From the NCBI GenBank assembly GCA_031423015.1, contig JANPER010000046.1:12647-76646 (forward strand): 64,000 nt of DNA. The letters run 5' to 3'. Origin of the DNA: Planctomycetota bacterium (GTDB lineage Bacteria; Planctomycetota; UBA1135; UBA2386). Position 1 is the stretch's first letter. The number at the start of each line of letters is the position of its first letter. This document shows, in pieces, positions 16,341 through 26,617 of the stretch. The notes beneath the pieces were generated by a model. It ran no database searches, was not told where the DNA came from, and saw nothing but the letters and a program-made list of their open reading frames with translations. The position numbers and the translations under genes were made by a program.

Positions 16341-19133
16341 ATGAGCGCGCGATCTGGTGGCCCATCGTCCGACGGCAAGACCACTCACGCCGCGACGCCG
16401 CAGGATGCGGAGCGGCCCGGCGATGCAGCGCCGCCGGTTGCTGCCACCGCCGAAGCGCGACGCCTGGACGAGGACGCGCACCGGCGCAAGAACTGGAAGC
16501 GTTGGGGACCCTATCTCGCCGAGCGGCAATGGGGCACGGTGCGCGAGGATTACTCGCCCGACGGCAGCTGCTGGACGTACTTCTCGCACGACCAGGCCCG
16601 CAGTCGCGCCTATCGCTGGGGCGAAGACGGGTTGCTCGGGTTCACCGATCGGCAATGCCGACTCTGCTTTGCGCTCGCGCTGTGGAACGGCAAGGACGCC
16701 ATCCTCAAGGAACGGCTCTATGGCCTGACGGGCCCCGAGGGCAATCACGGCGAGGACGTAAAGGAGGCTTACTTCTATGTCGACGCCACACCGACGCACT
16801 CGTACTGCAAGGGCCTCTACAAATACCCGCAGCGGGCGTTTCCTTACCGCGAGCTGATCGACGAGAACGCGCGGCGCGGCCTTTCGGCAGTGGAATACGA
16901 ACTCAGCGACACCGGCGTGTTCGATGAGCTGCGTTTCTTCGACGTCACCGTCGAGTATGCCAAGGCCTCGCCCGACGACATCTTGATCCGCATCGAGGTC
17001 GAGAATCGCGGGCCCGACGCAGCGCCGCTGCACGTGCTGCCGACCCTGTGGTTCCGCAACACCTGGAGCTGGGGACGCAGCGGCGAGGGCTACTCAACCA
17101 AGCCGCGCATCACGCGCATCGGCCCTGGCACGCTGCGCGCCGAGAGCGACCGCATCAGCGCGCACCGTTTAGCGATCGAGCCGCTGCCCGATGGCCCACC
17201 GCGGCTGCTGTTCTGCGACAACGAGACCGACGTCGTGGGCCTGTTCGGCGCCGCCTCGGGGCCGGTCGCGCCCAAGAACGCGTTCCATGCGTTCGTCGTC
17301 GACGGCAAGGCCGACGCGCTGGCGCCGTCGCACACCGGCACCAAGGCGGCCGCGCACTGCGTGCTGCAGGTGGCGCCCGGGGCACGCGCCGTCATTCGCC
17401 TGCGCTTGGTCGCCGACCGCGAGTCGACGCCGACCCCGTTCCAAGACTTCGACGCGGTGTTCGCGGCAAGGCGGCGCGAGGCCGACGAGTACCACACCGC
17501 GATCGCGCCGCACAACCTCAGCGTCGACGAACGCGCGGTGCTGCGTCAGGCCTACGCCGGTTTGTTGTGGACGAAGCAGTTCTATCACCTCGACGTCAAG
17601 ACCTGGCTCGAAGGCGATCCGGCGCAGCCGGTACCGCCCAAGGAGCGCCAGCACGGCCGCAATCACGACTGGCAGCACCTCTACAACCGCGACGTGATCT
17701 CGGTGCCCGACAAGTGGGAGTACCCGTGGTACGCGGCGTGGGACCTCGCGTTCCACATGGTGCCGTTCGCGCATGTCGACGCGCCGTTCGCCAAGGACCA
17801 GCTCACCCTCATGCTGCGCGAGTGGTACATGTCGCCGTCGGGGCAGATCCCGGCCTACGAGTTCGCCTTCGAAGACGTGAACCCGCCGGTGCACGCGTGG
17901 GCCTGCTGGCGCGTCTACAAGATGACCGGGCCGCGCGGCAAGCGCGATCGCGTGTTCTTGGCGCGCTCGTTCCAGAAGCTGCTCATCAACTTCACCTGGT
18001 GGGTCAACCGCAAGGACCCCGACGGCCAGCACATCTTCACCGGCGGGTTCTTGGGCCTGGACAACATCGGCGTGTTCGACCGCAACAAGCCGCTGCCCGA
18101 CGGCGGGCGCTTGGAGCAGGCGGACGGCACGGCGTGGATGGCGTTCTACTGCGCCACCATGCTGTCGATGGCGCTCGAACTGGCGCACGAGGACCCGGCC
18201 TACGAAGACGTGGCGTCGAAGTTCTTCGAGCACTTCGTGGCGATCACTGACGCGATCAACATGGTCGGTGGCGAAGGCCTGTGGGACGCCGAGGACGGCT
18301 TCTACTACGACCAGATCCGCACCGGCGGGCGCGCCACCCGCCTCAAGGTCCGCTCGATGGTCGGGCTGATCCCGCTGTTCGCGGTCGAGATCCTGGAGGA
18401 GTCGGTGCTGGACGCCCTGCCAGCGTTCACCCGTCGCATGCGCTGGTTCCTCGACAACCGCCCCGAGTTCGCCAAGCACGTCACCCGCACGCGCGGCGCC
18501 GACGGCGGCGACCGCCACATCCTGCTGGCGATTCCCAGCCAAGAGCAACTCGTGCGCGTGCTGCGCTACGCCCTCGACGAGAACGAGTTCTTGTCGCCGT
18601 ACGGCGTGCGCTCGTTGTCGAAGGTGCATCGCATGCGCCCCTTCGTGCTGCAGTCGGATCACAGTGCGTCGCAGGTGGACTACGTGCCCGGCGACTCGAC
18701 GACGCGCATGTTCGGCGGCAACTCGAATTGGCGCGGCCCGATCTGGTTCCCAGTCAACTTCCTGCTGATCGAAGCGCTCGAACGCTACCACCACTTCTAC
18801 GGCGACAGCGTGCGCGTCGAGTGCCCGACCGGCTCGGGGACCTGGCTCACGCTCGGCCAAGTGGCGCACGAGTTGGCGAGCCGCCTATGTCGCCTGTTCC
18901 TGCCCGATGCCACCGGCCAGCGCCCATTCGCCGGCGCTGATCGTCTGTTCGCGCACGACCCCAAGGCGCGCCAGTTGCTGTTGTTCCACGAGTACTTCGA
19001 CGGCGACACTGGCCGCGGGTTGGGTGCGAGTCATCAGACCGGATGGACGGGGCTGGTGACGCGCTGCCTCGAGTACGTGGCGCGCGTGCGCCGGCAGGGC
19101 GCGGCGGCGGCGACGGTCGTGCGGGAACGCTAG
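16341..19133 (+). CDS. glycoside hydrolase family 63-like glucosidase (MGH1-like)
   Basis: 930-aa ORF; WKRWGPYLAERQWGTVREDYS, WGEDGLLGFTDRQCRLCFALALWNGKD, (alpha/alpha)6-barrel region WEYPWYAAWDLAFH recalled from GH63/mannosylglycerate-hydrolase-like proteins. Confidence 0.6.
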   Translation: MSARSGGPSSDGKTTHAATPQDAERPGDAAPPVAATAEARRLDEDAHRRKNWKRWGPYLAERQWGTVREDYSPDGSCWTYFSHDQARSRAYRWGEDGLLGFTDRQCRLCFALALWNGKDAILKERLYGLTGPEGNHGEDVKEAYFYVDATPTHSYCKGLYKYPQRAFPYRELIDENARRGLSAVEYELSDTGVFDELRFFDVTVEYAKASPDDILIRIEVENRGPDAAPLHVLPTLWFRNTWSWGRSGEGYSTKPRITRIGPGTLRAESDRISAHRLAIEPLPDGPPRLLFCDNETDVVGLFGAASGPVAPKNAFHAFVVDGKADALAPSHTGTKAAAHCVLQVAPGARAVIRLRLVADRESTPTPFQDFDAVFAARRREADEYHTAIAPHNLSVDERAVLRQAYAGLLWTKQFYHLDVKTWLEGDPAQPVPPKERQHGRNHDWQHLYNRDVISVPDKWEYPWYAAWDLAFHMVPFAHVDAPFAKDQLTLMLREWYMSPSGQIPAYEFAFEDVNPPVHAWACWRVYKMTGPRGKRDRVFLARSFQKLLINFTWWVNRKDPDGQHIFTGGFLGLDNIGVFDRNKPLPDGGRLEQADGTAWMAFYCATMLSMALELAHEDPAYEDVASKFFEHFVAITDAINMVGGEGLWDAEDGFYYDQIRTGGRATRLKVRSMVGLIPLFAVEILEESVLDALPAFTRRMRWFLDNRPEFAKHVTRTRGADGGDRHILLAIPSQEQLVRVLRYALDENEFLSPYGVRSLSKVHRMRPFVLQSDHSASQVDYVPGDSTTRMFGGNSNWRGPIWFPVNFLLIEALERYHHFYGDSVRVECPTGSGTWLTLGQVAHELASRLCRLFLPDATGQRPFAGADRLFAHDPKARQLLLFHEYFDGDTGRGLGASHQTGWTGLVTRCLEYVARVRRQGAAAATVVRER

Positions 19134-19150
19134 CGAGGCTTCGCCTCCGA

Positions 19151-19247
19151 CCAGAGAAGAACCACCGAGAGCACGGAGAACACAGAGGAACATCCTGGCC
19201 GCCGATCCAGATCTCTGTGGCCTCGGTGGGCTCTGTGGTTCTTCTCT
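19151..19247. repeat. palindromic REP/MITE-like intergenic element, copy B
   Basis: CAGAGAAGAACCACCGAGAGCACGGAGAACACAGAGG ... CTCTGTGGCCTCGGTGGGCTCTGTGGTTCTTCTCTG form an imperfect ~37-bp inverted repeat; right arm near-identical to 6483..6511. Confidence 0.6.
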
Positions 19248-19317
19248 GCTCTGGAGCTGACGTCCAAACTTGACGCATCCGTCACGTCTTCCATCAACCA
19301 AGTCTAGCTGGCTCAGC

Positions 19318-19704
19318 TTAGACGACCTTGGCTCCTCTCTCTGACAACATCTGACGCAAGACCGACCTGTGACAGCGAGCCTCGTCTTCGCAGTAGCAGC
19401 CCACCGAGAACTGCGTCCCGTGCGAGAGCGCTGCCAGCAGATCCAGGACTCTGCTGTTCTCGGGCTTCTTCATCTCGGTGCGGTACCGCTTGACGAAAGC
19501 AGCCCATTGCCGGTCGGTCTGCGCGCGCAGTCCCAGCGCCACCGTCTCTTGCGTGGGAGACAAGTTCGGCAGCCAGACGTCGTACCAGTTGCCCGATGCG
19601 AACTCGGACTTCGGGACGCCGCGTGGTGGGCGCCTGACGGTTCCGATCCTCGGGCCCTCGTTCGGGGCCCTCTCGCTACCAAGTCGGACGATTCGTATAG
19701 CCAT
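19318..19704 (-). CDS. DUF488-family protein
   Basis: 128-aa ORF; MAIRIVRLGSERAPNEGPRIGTVRRPPRGV...WLPNLSPTQETV...VGCYCEDEARCHRSVLRQML pattern recalled from DUF488. Confidence 0.55.
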   Translation of the reverse strand: MAIRIVRLGSERAPNEGPRIGTVRRPPRGVPKSEFASGNWYDVWLPNLSPTQETVALGLRAQTDRQWAAFVKRYRTEMKKPENSRVLDLLAALSHGTQFSVGCYCEDEARCHRSVLRQMLSERGAKVV

Positions 19705-19838
19705 GGATCTGAGGCGTTGAGGAGCCCAGTGGCTTCGGAGCGGAACCCCGCGCAGCGGTCGAAGCCAACTGCGGCTACCCTGTTCTAAAGCGGATTTGTC
19801 GCAACGCCAGGCCGGGGCGCGGTGCCTCCAGCTCCGTC

Positions 19839-22800
19839 ATGAGCAGTCTCCCTACCGATCTCGATCTCGGCGCCTTGCTGGCGGAGCAAGCTTTCGTGCG
19901 GCGCTTGGCGCGCAGTCTGGTGACCAACGCTGACGACGCCGACGACGTCGCGCAGCTGACCTGGATGCAGGCGCTGCGGCATCCGCTGCGGCAGCGCGCC
20001 AGCGCGCGCGCGTTCTTGGGTCAAGTCACCAGGCACGTCGCCAGCAACTTCCGGCGCGGCGATGCGCGGCGTCGGCGGCAAGAGCAGGCGGTCGCGACAC
20101 AACCCGAGGCCACGCCGGTGGTCGACGCGTTCGCGCGCGAGTCGCTGCGCCAGCTGGTCGTCGCCGAACTGGCCGCCCTGCCCGAGCCGTATCGACGCAC
20201 GCTGGTGGCGCGCTTCTTCGACGACCTCACGCCGCACGCGATCGCCCAGCGCGAGAATGCCCCCGACGCCACCGTGCGCGCCCGCACGAAGCGCGGCCTC
20301 GAGCTGTTGCGTGAGCGACTCGATCGCCGCTACGGCGGCGACCGCAGCGCCTGGTGCACGGCGCTCGTGCCGCTCACGCGCGGCGGTCTGCCGGCGGGAA
20401 CCGGCGGGGTGATGGCGACCGTCTCTTTCTTTGGCCTGCGACAGCTGCTGGCCGTCGGCGTCGTGGGACTCGTGCTGGGCGCCGGGTTCTGGTGGCTGAG
20501 CGACGACGAAACTCCAGCGGCCATCCTGGCCATGGAACCGCCCACGGCCACGCTGCGGGTCGACAGCGTGCGCGCGACGACGGCCGAGTCACCGACTCCG
20601 GCGCGAACGACGTTGGCGTCAGCGCCCGAGGCAGCTCGAGAAGATGGCGACGCGCACCCACAGAACGGCATCCGTGGTCGGCTCGTGCTCGAAGACGGTC
20701 GGCCAGCCAAGCAACGCAAGGTCGAAGTCACTGGCCTCGACCCGACGCGGCTGTTCGACGGCGATCCCACGCAGCTCGAAGACTCGACGCCGCTGTTGAG
20801 CGCGACCACCCACAGCGACGACGAGGGGCGCTTCTCTCTCGACAACCTGCGCCCACGCGCCTTGTTGTTGCTGCAGGCTGGCCGCGGTGAGGCGGCGAGC
20901 GCGTACATTCCGGTGGCGCACACGCCTGGCGCCAAGCACGTGGTCGACCTCGGCGACATCGTGTTGCAGGCGCGCGGCACGCTGCGCGGGCGCGTGGTCG
21001 ACGACGCGGGGCAAGCCGTGGCCGGCGCCGACGTGTGGGCGGCGGACATGCCCGGCCTGGTCGCGCTCGCGATCAACGTCGATCGGTTCGTCCCGGCGCA
21101 CGGTGGCATGTTGCTGCTGCCCAAGGCCACCGCCGGCGAAGACCTCGCGCGCTTTGCCGAACGCACACGCGAGTACCTCGGCAGGGAACTGTGCATGCAG
21201 GTCCAGGCGCCGAGCCCCGAGTTCGACGCGCTGGTGCTGGACACGCCCGCATGGTTCACCCGCCTGTGGAACGCGTTGCCGATGGCGCGCACGACGACCG
21301 CGGCTGACGGCACGTTCACCCTGCAAGACGTCGAGCCCGCCAACAACATGCTGGTGGTGACCAAGGCGGGCTTCGATCGCGGCTTCAAGCCGAGCGTGAA
21401 GGTGCAGGCCGGCGCGCCGCGCGACCTCGGCGAGATCACGCTGCAACGCGGTGAAGTGTGCAGCGGCAAGATCGTCGACGCCACCGACCGCCCGGTCGCA
21501 CGCGCCGCGGTGCGCGTCGCGGTGTTGCCGCCAGGCGGCTTTCGCGGCCTCGCGTTCTGCGAGGCCGAAGTGCGCGCCGACACGCAGGGCAACTTCGCGG
21601 TGCCGGGCCTGCGCGCGGGTCGCGTGCTGGTGGCGGCACGCAGTCGTGACGACGCGCCGTGGACCGTGGCTGGCCCGTTCGCCGTCGATGACGACATCGC
21701 GCTGCGGTTGCCGGCGCCGGCCGAGTTGACCGTGCGGGTGACCACGCCCGCCGCGGCGCCGACCGTGCGCCTCACCTTCGGCCCGGCCCTGGGCGAGCTT
21801 GCGCGCATGGGCCTGCGCCAAGCCGTGGCGATGGAGGGTCGCGTAGTCGAAGAATCGCACGGAACGTGGCGCGTGCGCGACCTCGCGCCGGGCAGCTACC
21901 AACTCGAGGTCTCGGCGCCAGGTTGCGTCACCGCGCGTCGGCTGGTGCAGGTGCCGGGCGAGGCCGAGGTCGCTCTCGCGCCCCAAGCGCCGACGTTCGA
22001 CGTGTTGGTGGTGTCGACGGCGAACGTGCCCCTCGCCGGGGCCCGCGTGCGATGCGCACCGCGCGACGCGGCGTTCGCGCGCTCGGTGCTGCCGACGTCC
22101 TTCGGCCTCAACGCATCCGACGTGCTCGCCACCTCGCTCGGGTGCTCAGACCGTGACGGGCGCCTGCGGGTATCAGGGATGCCATGCGGGGAGCTGAACC
22201 TGTGGGCCGATCACCCCGACCACGGCGCTGGCACGGCGCGCGCCGAACTACCGGCGCAGACCCTTGTGCTGCGTTTGCCCGCCGCGTGCACCATCGAGGG
22301 CATGCTGCTCGAAGGTGGCCAACCGGCGTCGGCGAGCGAGTGGCGCATCGCCGCGACCGCCGGCGATCGCGACGACGGCATCGAGCGTCCGTACACGCTC
22401 GCCGCGCCGGCCGCCGACGGCAGCTTCAAGATCACCGGCTTGGACCCCGGCGCTTACACGGTCCGCGCGCTGCCGGCGCTGCCGCCGCGCCTGTCGCTCG
22501 ATGCCCTGCAGTCGCTGTTGCGCGAGCGCATCTTCACGTTCTTCTTGCACTCCGACGCACCGCGATCCCGCGAGGTCGTGCTGGCCGAGGGCGAGTTGCG
22601 CACGATCCAGATCGACGTGCGCGTCGCGCCGCCCGCGGTGCAGCCGCAGGCCGGCGTCGTCGGGCGCGTGACCATCGACGGCAAGGGCACGGCCGGCGTG
22701 GGAGTGCACGGCAACGCGAGCTGGTGGAGCACGACACCTGCGCTCGCCACCACGGCGGCCGACGGCAGCTACTGCGTGACCGACCTCGCCGAAGGGTCGC

Positions 22801-23414
22801 ACACGCTCACGTTCCGGGCGGCGAGCGGCCACACCTTGGGCGAGCGCACGGTGTCAGTGCCCGCGCGCGGCGACGTCGCGCTCGACCTCGACGTGCGCAC
22901 GTCGAGCCTGGCGGGCCAAGTGATCGCGCCGCCTGATCGCTCGCTCCGCGGGGCGCGCCTCGCCGGGCGCAACGCGCAAGGGCGCGCGGTCTTCGAGATC
23001 CCCGTGCAAGACGATGGCGCATTCCACGCGCAGGAAGTGCCTTGTGGCACGTGGTCGTTGACCGTGGAAGGCCCTGGCGTCACCGGGCCTGACCACCAAG
23101 CGATGGTGACGTTGGAGCCGCAGCACGCGGTGGTCGACTGCAAGATCACGGCGGTGGCCGCCTACCAGCTCGAAGTCAAGGTCGAGACCGCGCGCCCGAA
23201 CGAACCCTGTTTCTTGGAGCTGTCGCATCTCGCCACGGGCTCGACGCGGTTGTTCCGCGCCAACGAGGAAGGGCGCGTGGCGTTCGTCGGGTTGAGCGGC
23301 GGCAAGTATCACATGAGCGTCAAGTCCTTGTCGCTGGCCGGTGACGTCGAGCTCAGCGGCGAGGCGCAGCACAAGGTGCTGCTCACCGCGCGCGGAGTGG
23401 TCCGCATCGAGTAG
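19839..23414 (+). CDS. ECF sigma-factor domain fused in one ORF to a transmembrane segment and a large CarbopepD-repeat extracytoplasmic region
   Basis: single 1191-aa ORF; aa 1-165 have sigma region 2 (DADDVAQLTWMQALR) and region 4 (LPEPYRRTLVARFFDDLTPHAIAQRENAPDATVRARTKRGLELLRERL); linker then TM helix FFGLRQLLAVGVVGLVLGAGFWWL; remainder paralogous to 6600..9008. Confidence 0.6.
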   Translation: MSSLPTDLDLGALLAEQAFVRRLARSLVTNADDADDVAQLTWMQALRHPLRQRASARAFLGQVTRHVASNFRRGDARRRRQEQAVATQPEATPVVDAFARESLRQLVVAELAALPEPYRRTLVARFFDDLTPHAIAQRENAPDATVRARTKRGLELLRERLDRRYGGDRSAWCTALVPLTRGGLPAGTGGVMATVSFFGLRQLLAVGVVGLVLGAGFWWLSDDETPAAILAMEPPTATLRVDSVRATTAESPTPARTTLASAPEAAREDGDAHPQNGIRGRLVLEDGRPAKQRKVEVTGLDPTRLFDGDPTQLEDSTPLLSATTHSDDEGRFSLDNLRPRALLLLQAGRGEAASAYIPVAHTPGAKHVVDLGDIVLQARGTLRGRVVDDAGQAVAGADVWAADMPGLVALAINVDRFVPAHGGMLLLPKATAGEDLARFAERTREYLGRELCMQVQAPSPEFDALVLDTPAWFTRLWNALPMARTTTAADGTFTLQDVEPANNMLVVTKAGFDRGFKPSVKVQAGAPRDLGEITLQRGEVCSGKIVDATDRPVARAAVRVAVLPPGGFRGLAFCEAEVRADTQGNFAVPGLRAGRVLVAARSRDDAPWTVAGPFAVDDDIALRLPAPAELTVRVTTPAAAPTVRLTFGPALGELARMGLRQAVAMEGRVVEESHGTWRVRDLAPGSYQLEVSAPGCVTARRLVQVPGEAEVALAPQAPTFDVLVVSTANVPLAGARVRCAPRDAAFARSVLPTSFGLNASDVLATSLGCSDRDGRLRVSGMPCGELNLWADHPDHGAGTARAELPAQTLVLRLPAACTIEGMLLEGGQPASASEWRIAATAGDRDDGIERPYTLAAPAADGSFKITGLDPGAYTVRALPALPPRLSLDALQSLLRERIFTFFLHSDAPRSREVVLAEGELRTIQIDVRVAPPAVQPQAGVVGRVTIDGKGTAGVGVHGNASWWSTTPALATTAADGSYCVTDLAEGSHTLTFRAASGHTLGERTVSVPARGDVALDLDVRTSSLAGQVIAPPDRSLRGARLAGRNAQGRAVFEIPVQDDGAFHAQEVPCGTWSLTVEGPGVTGPDHQAMVTLEPQHAVVDCKITAVAAYQLEVKVETARPNEPCFLELSHLATGSTRLFRANEEGRVAFVGLSGGKYHMSVKSLSLAGDVELSGEAQHKVLLTARGVVRIE

Positions 23415-23645
23415 GACAGACTCCGGTGCGAGCCGGTGGCAACCGGCATCACCACCAGCAGCAGCGATGCGAAGTGGCGGCGCCGGATGGAATCAGCGTT
23501 TGCCGAATCGCGCCAGAAGCCCACTGCTCGGACGGCAACGGGCCACCCCCCCCTTCGCCACGATTCGCCACGACTTGCGGGCCTCGCCCAAGGCGCCTAG
23601 CCTCAGCGCCTTCCTCGCTCGCAGCAACCGCCGCAGGAGCCACCC

Positions 23646-25349
23646 ATGCCTTCGCCACAACCACGGCCGAGGGTTGCACCACCCCCCATGCCTGAACAAG
23701 ACCCGACGCCGCGCTACGACCGCGTCGTCGACCAAGCGGCGTGGGCAGCACGCGCGGCAGCGGCGCGGCCGCTGATCCTGGACTTCATCGAGTTCGCGCG
23801 GCGCGACCGCAACGCGCTCGCCGTGCGCGACCCGCAGCGCGGGGTGACGAGCCGCATGCGCACGCTGATCGGCGCCGTGGCGCTCGCGCGGGCACTGCGC
23901 CCGCGCTGGGCAGGCCAAGCGCGCGTCGGCGTGCTGCTGCCCCCATCGCTCGGCGGCATCGTCGCCAATCTGGCGGCGGCGTTGGCCGGCCGCACCGTGG
24001 TGAACCTCAACTACACAGCCGGCGCCAAGGCGATGGGCGCGTCGGCGCAGCAAGCCGGGTTGCGCACCGTGCTCACCAGCAAGGTCTTCCTCGAGAAAGC
24101 CAACCTGGAATTGCCGGCGGGCGTCGAGCCGATCTGGATCGAAGAGATCGGCGCAAGCATCGGCAAGCTCGCGAAGCTGCGGGCAGCAGCAGCAGCGGCG
24201 TGGCTCCCGAAGATCCAGCTCTTGCGCAGTTGTGGCGCCAACGCGCCGCTGAGCGCCGACGACCCGGTGACGATCATCTTCAGCAGCGGCAGCACCGGCG
24301 ACCCCAAGGGCGTGCCGCTCAGCCACCGCAACATCGCGAGCAACGTGGACGCGGCGTCGTACGTGCTGCCGCTTGGCGAGAGCGACCGCATCCTCGGCAT
24401 CCTGCCGCTGTTCCACGCCTTCGGCTACATGGTCACGTGGTTCGCGCTGAACCGGGGCATGTCGCTGGCGACCTATCCCAACCCGCGCGACGCGGATGGC
24501 ATCAAGAAGACGATGCGGGAGGCCGGCGCGACGGTGATCATCACGACGCCGACGTTCCTGCAGATGTGGCTGCGACGCTGCGAGCCCGACGACTTCCGCA
24601 CACTGCGCTTGGTCATCACCGGAGCCGAGCGTCTGAGCGATGCGCTCGCCGATGCGTTCGCCGAGCGCTTTGGGGTACGACCGCTCGAGGGCTACGGCCT
24701 CACCGAGTGCGCGCCCGTCGTTGCCGTGGGCACGCCGGGGGTGCCTGGCCGCGGCGTACCCGGTGGCACGCGCCTCGGTTTTGTCGGCCGGCCGTTGCCG
24801 GGCGTGCGGATCAAGATCGTCGACCCTGACACCCTGCAAGACTTGGCACCGCACAAGGAAGGCATGATCTTGGTGAAGGGCCCGAACGTGATGACCGGCT
24901 ACCTCGGCCGACCCGACTTGACGCAGGCGGCGTTCAAGGAGGGCTACTACATCACCGGCGACCTCGGCTACCTCGATGACGACGGCTTGCTGAAGATCAG
25001 CGATCGCTTGGCGCGCTTCGCCAAGATTGGCGGCGAGATGGTGCCGCACGGCCGCATCGAAGATGCGCTACACACGGCTGCCGAAGTGGACACGGGCGCG
25101 TTCGCGGTGACCTCGATCTCGTGCGCCAAGAAAGGCGAGCAGCTGGTGGTCTTGTCGACGCTGGGGCTCGACCTTGTGCCGATGCTGTTGGCGAAGTTGC
25201 CGCGTCTGGGGCTCCCCAACCTGTGGATCCCCAGCGAGCGCAACTTCATCAGCGTGCGCGAGCTGCCCGTGCTGGGCACTGGCAAGCTGGATCTGCGCGC
25301 GGTGAAGCAGAAGGCGATCGACGCCGTCGGCAACCGGGTCACGGCGTAG
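23646..25349 (+). CDS. AMP-dependent synthetase/ligase (acyl-CoA/acyl-ACP synthetase, Aas-C-terminal-like)
   Basis: 567-aa ORF (alternative start 23688); AMP-binding motifs IIFSSGSTGDPKGV, GYGLTEC, GDLGYLDDDGLLKISDRLARFAKIGGEMV. Confidence 0.7.
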   Translation: MPSPQPRPRVAPPPMPEQDPTPRYDRVVDQAAWAARAAAARPLILDFIEFARRDRNALAVRDPQRGVTSRMRTLIGAVALARALRPRWAGQARVGVLLPPSLGGIVANLAAALAGRTVVNLNYTAGAKAMGASAQQAGLRTVLTSKVFLEKANLELPAGVEPIWIEEIGASIGKLAKLRAAAAAAWLPKIQLLRSCGANAPLSADDPVTIIFSSGSTGDPKGVPLSHRNIASNVDAASYVLPLGESDRILGILPLFHAFGYMVTWFALNRGMSLATYPNPRDADGIKKTMREAGATVIITTPTFLQMWLRRCEPDDFRTLRLVITGAERLSDALADAFAERFGVRPLEGYGLTECAPVVAVGTPGVPGRGVPGGTRLGFVGRPLPGVRIKIVDPDTLQDLAPHKEGMILVKGPNVMTGYLGRPDLTQAAFKEGYYITGDLGYLDDDGLLKISDRLARFAKIGGEMVPHGRIEDALHTAAEVDTGAFAVTSISCAKKGEQLVVLSTLGLDLVPMLLAKLPRLGLPNLWIPSERNFISVRELPVLGTGKLDLRAVKQKAIDAVGNRVTA

Positions 25350-25461
25350 CGCGCGGATGTGAGGCTACGCGCTCGAGCCTTGCTCGCGACTCCGGGACAA
25401 CCCGCACCCATTGCGAGCGACGCATTGCGAAACGGACGCCGCCGCTCACAATCCACGCCGC

Positions 25462-25854
25462 ATGTCACGCACGTCCCCCCTCCTCACGCTCGGTGCCGCT
25501 CTCGCCAGCTGCGTTGCGCCAAGTCCACACGCCGTCGCGGGTAGCGGCAAACTCGTCCACGTGGTCGCGTTCTGGCTGAAGCCTGGCGCGCCCGCCGATC
25601 TCGTGGCGCGCATGCGCGAGTTCTACGTCACCCGAGTCGCGCGCGAAGTGGCCGGTGTCGAGAACGTTTTTGTCGGTCGACCGCAGCCGTCGGACCGCAG
25701 CGTGGTCGACGCTTCGTTCTCCTGCATGAGCATCGTGCGCTTCGCTGGCGCCGCGGCCGAGGTCGGGTGGCAGACGCATCCGGTGCACGACGAACTCAAG
25801 AAGTTGTTCGAGGCGCATCTCGAACGCGTCGTGGTCTACGACTTCGTCGAGTGA
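25462..25854 (+). CDS. Dabb-family (stress-responsive alpha/beta-barrel) lipoprotein
   Basis: internal ATG of ORF 25411..25854; lipobox LTLGAALASC; LVHVVAFWLKPGAPADLVARMREF ... HPVHDELKKLFEAHLERVVVYDF. Confidence 0.5.
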   Translation: MSRTSPLLTLGAALASCVAPSPHAVAGSGKLVHVVAFWLKPGAPADLVARMREFYVTRVAREVAGVENVFVGRPQPSDRSVVDASFSCMSIVRFAGAAAEVGWQTHPVHDELKKLFEAHLERVVVYDFVE

Positions 25855-25857
25855 GCC

Positions 25858-26244
25858 ATGACCGAATCGACGCACGATCTCGAGCGCACGCAGCAGAAGG
25901 CGGTGGCCGACGCCCTTGGACTGGCCAAGGTCAAGCGCCATGTCTTTCTGTGCTGCGACCAGACCAAGCCCAAGTGTTGCAGCAAAGAAGCGTCGCTGGA
26001 GTCCTGGGACTACTTGAAGCGGCGCTTGAAGGAACTCGGCTTGTCGGAGCACGGCGGCGTGCAGCGCAACAAAGCCAACTGCCTACGGATCTGCGTCGGC
26101 GGCCCCATCGCCGTGGTGTATCCGGAGGGCACGTGGTACACGCACTGCACACCGGCGGTACTGGAGGACATCATCCAGCGCCATCTGATCGGCGGCGAAC
26201 CAGCCCGTGAGCACGCGCTCGCGGACTTTCCGCTGCAGGAATGA
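25858..26244 (+). CDS. thioredoxin-like [2Fe-2S] ferredoxin-family protein
   Basis: 128-aa ORF 3 bp after the previous gene; Cys pattern [14 protein letters not shown] ... [20 protein letters not shown]. Confidence 0.55.
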   Translation: MTESTHDLERTQQKAVADALGLAKVKRHVFLCCDQTKPKCCSKEASLESWDYLKRRLKELGLSEHGGVQRNKANCLRICVGGPIAVVYPEGTWYTHCTPAVLEDIIQRHLIGGEPAREHALADFPLQE

Positions 26245-26247
26245 CCG

Positions 26248-26583
26248 CTACTCCGGCAGCCGATCGCGCAGGATCGTCGCTTCCTTGACGCCGAACTCGC
26301 GCTCGAGCGCCTCGCCAATCTCTTGCGCCAGGGGTAGCGCTCGGTCGTCGTAGACGCGGATTTCGCCGTTGGTCGTGGCAAGGCTCTCGACGCGCGCGAC
26401 CAGGGCGTTGTCGCGGTTTCGCGCCTGCCCGGCGTAGATGTCGAAGGTCTTGCGCGTCCAGCCTTCGATGTCGAGGCGGAAGCCGTGCTTCTTGCAGGCG
26501 TCGGCCAACAGGCGGTCGAGGCGTTCGGAGTCTGGGGTCGAGCCCTGGATCTTGACCATGACGAGCGGCGCACTCTGCATGGC
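26248..26583 (-). CDS. hypothetical protein
   Basis: internal ATG (MQSAPLVMVKIQG...) of ORF 26248..26694; no family recognised. Confidence 0.35.
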   Translation of the reverse strand, partial: AMQSAPLVMVKIQGSTPDSERLDRLLADACKKHGFRLDIEGWTRKTFDIYAGQARNRDNALVARVESLATTNGEIRVYDDRALPLAQEIGEALEREFGVKEATILRDRLPE

Positions 26584-26617
26584 CGCGTGCTGGATTTCAA
26601 GCTGACGTCTGGCACGC

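Noticed and set aside
16095-17033. 312-aa minus-strand ORF inside the GH63-like gene
   Set aside because: Antisense, low-complexity translation. The plus-strand ORF has coherent GH63-like motifs over 930 aa.
19839-23414. Alternative reading of the 1191-aa ORF as two genes (sigma plus partner starting at GGVMATVSFF)
   Set aside because: No in-frame stop exists between sigma region 4 and the TM segment, and the candidate internal start is in the same frame, so the sequence as given encodes a fusion. Flagged as a finding, with assembly error as the caveat.
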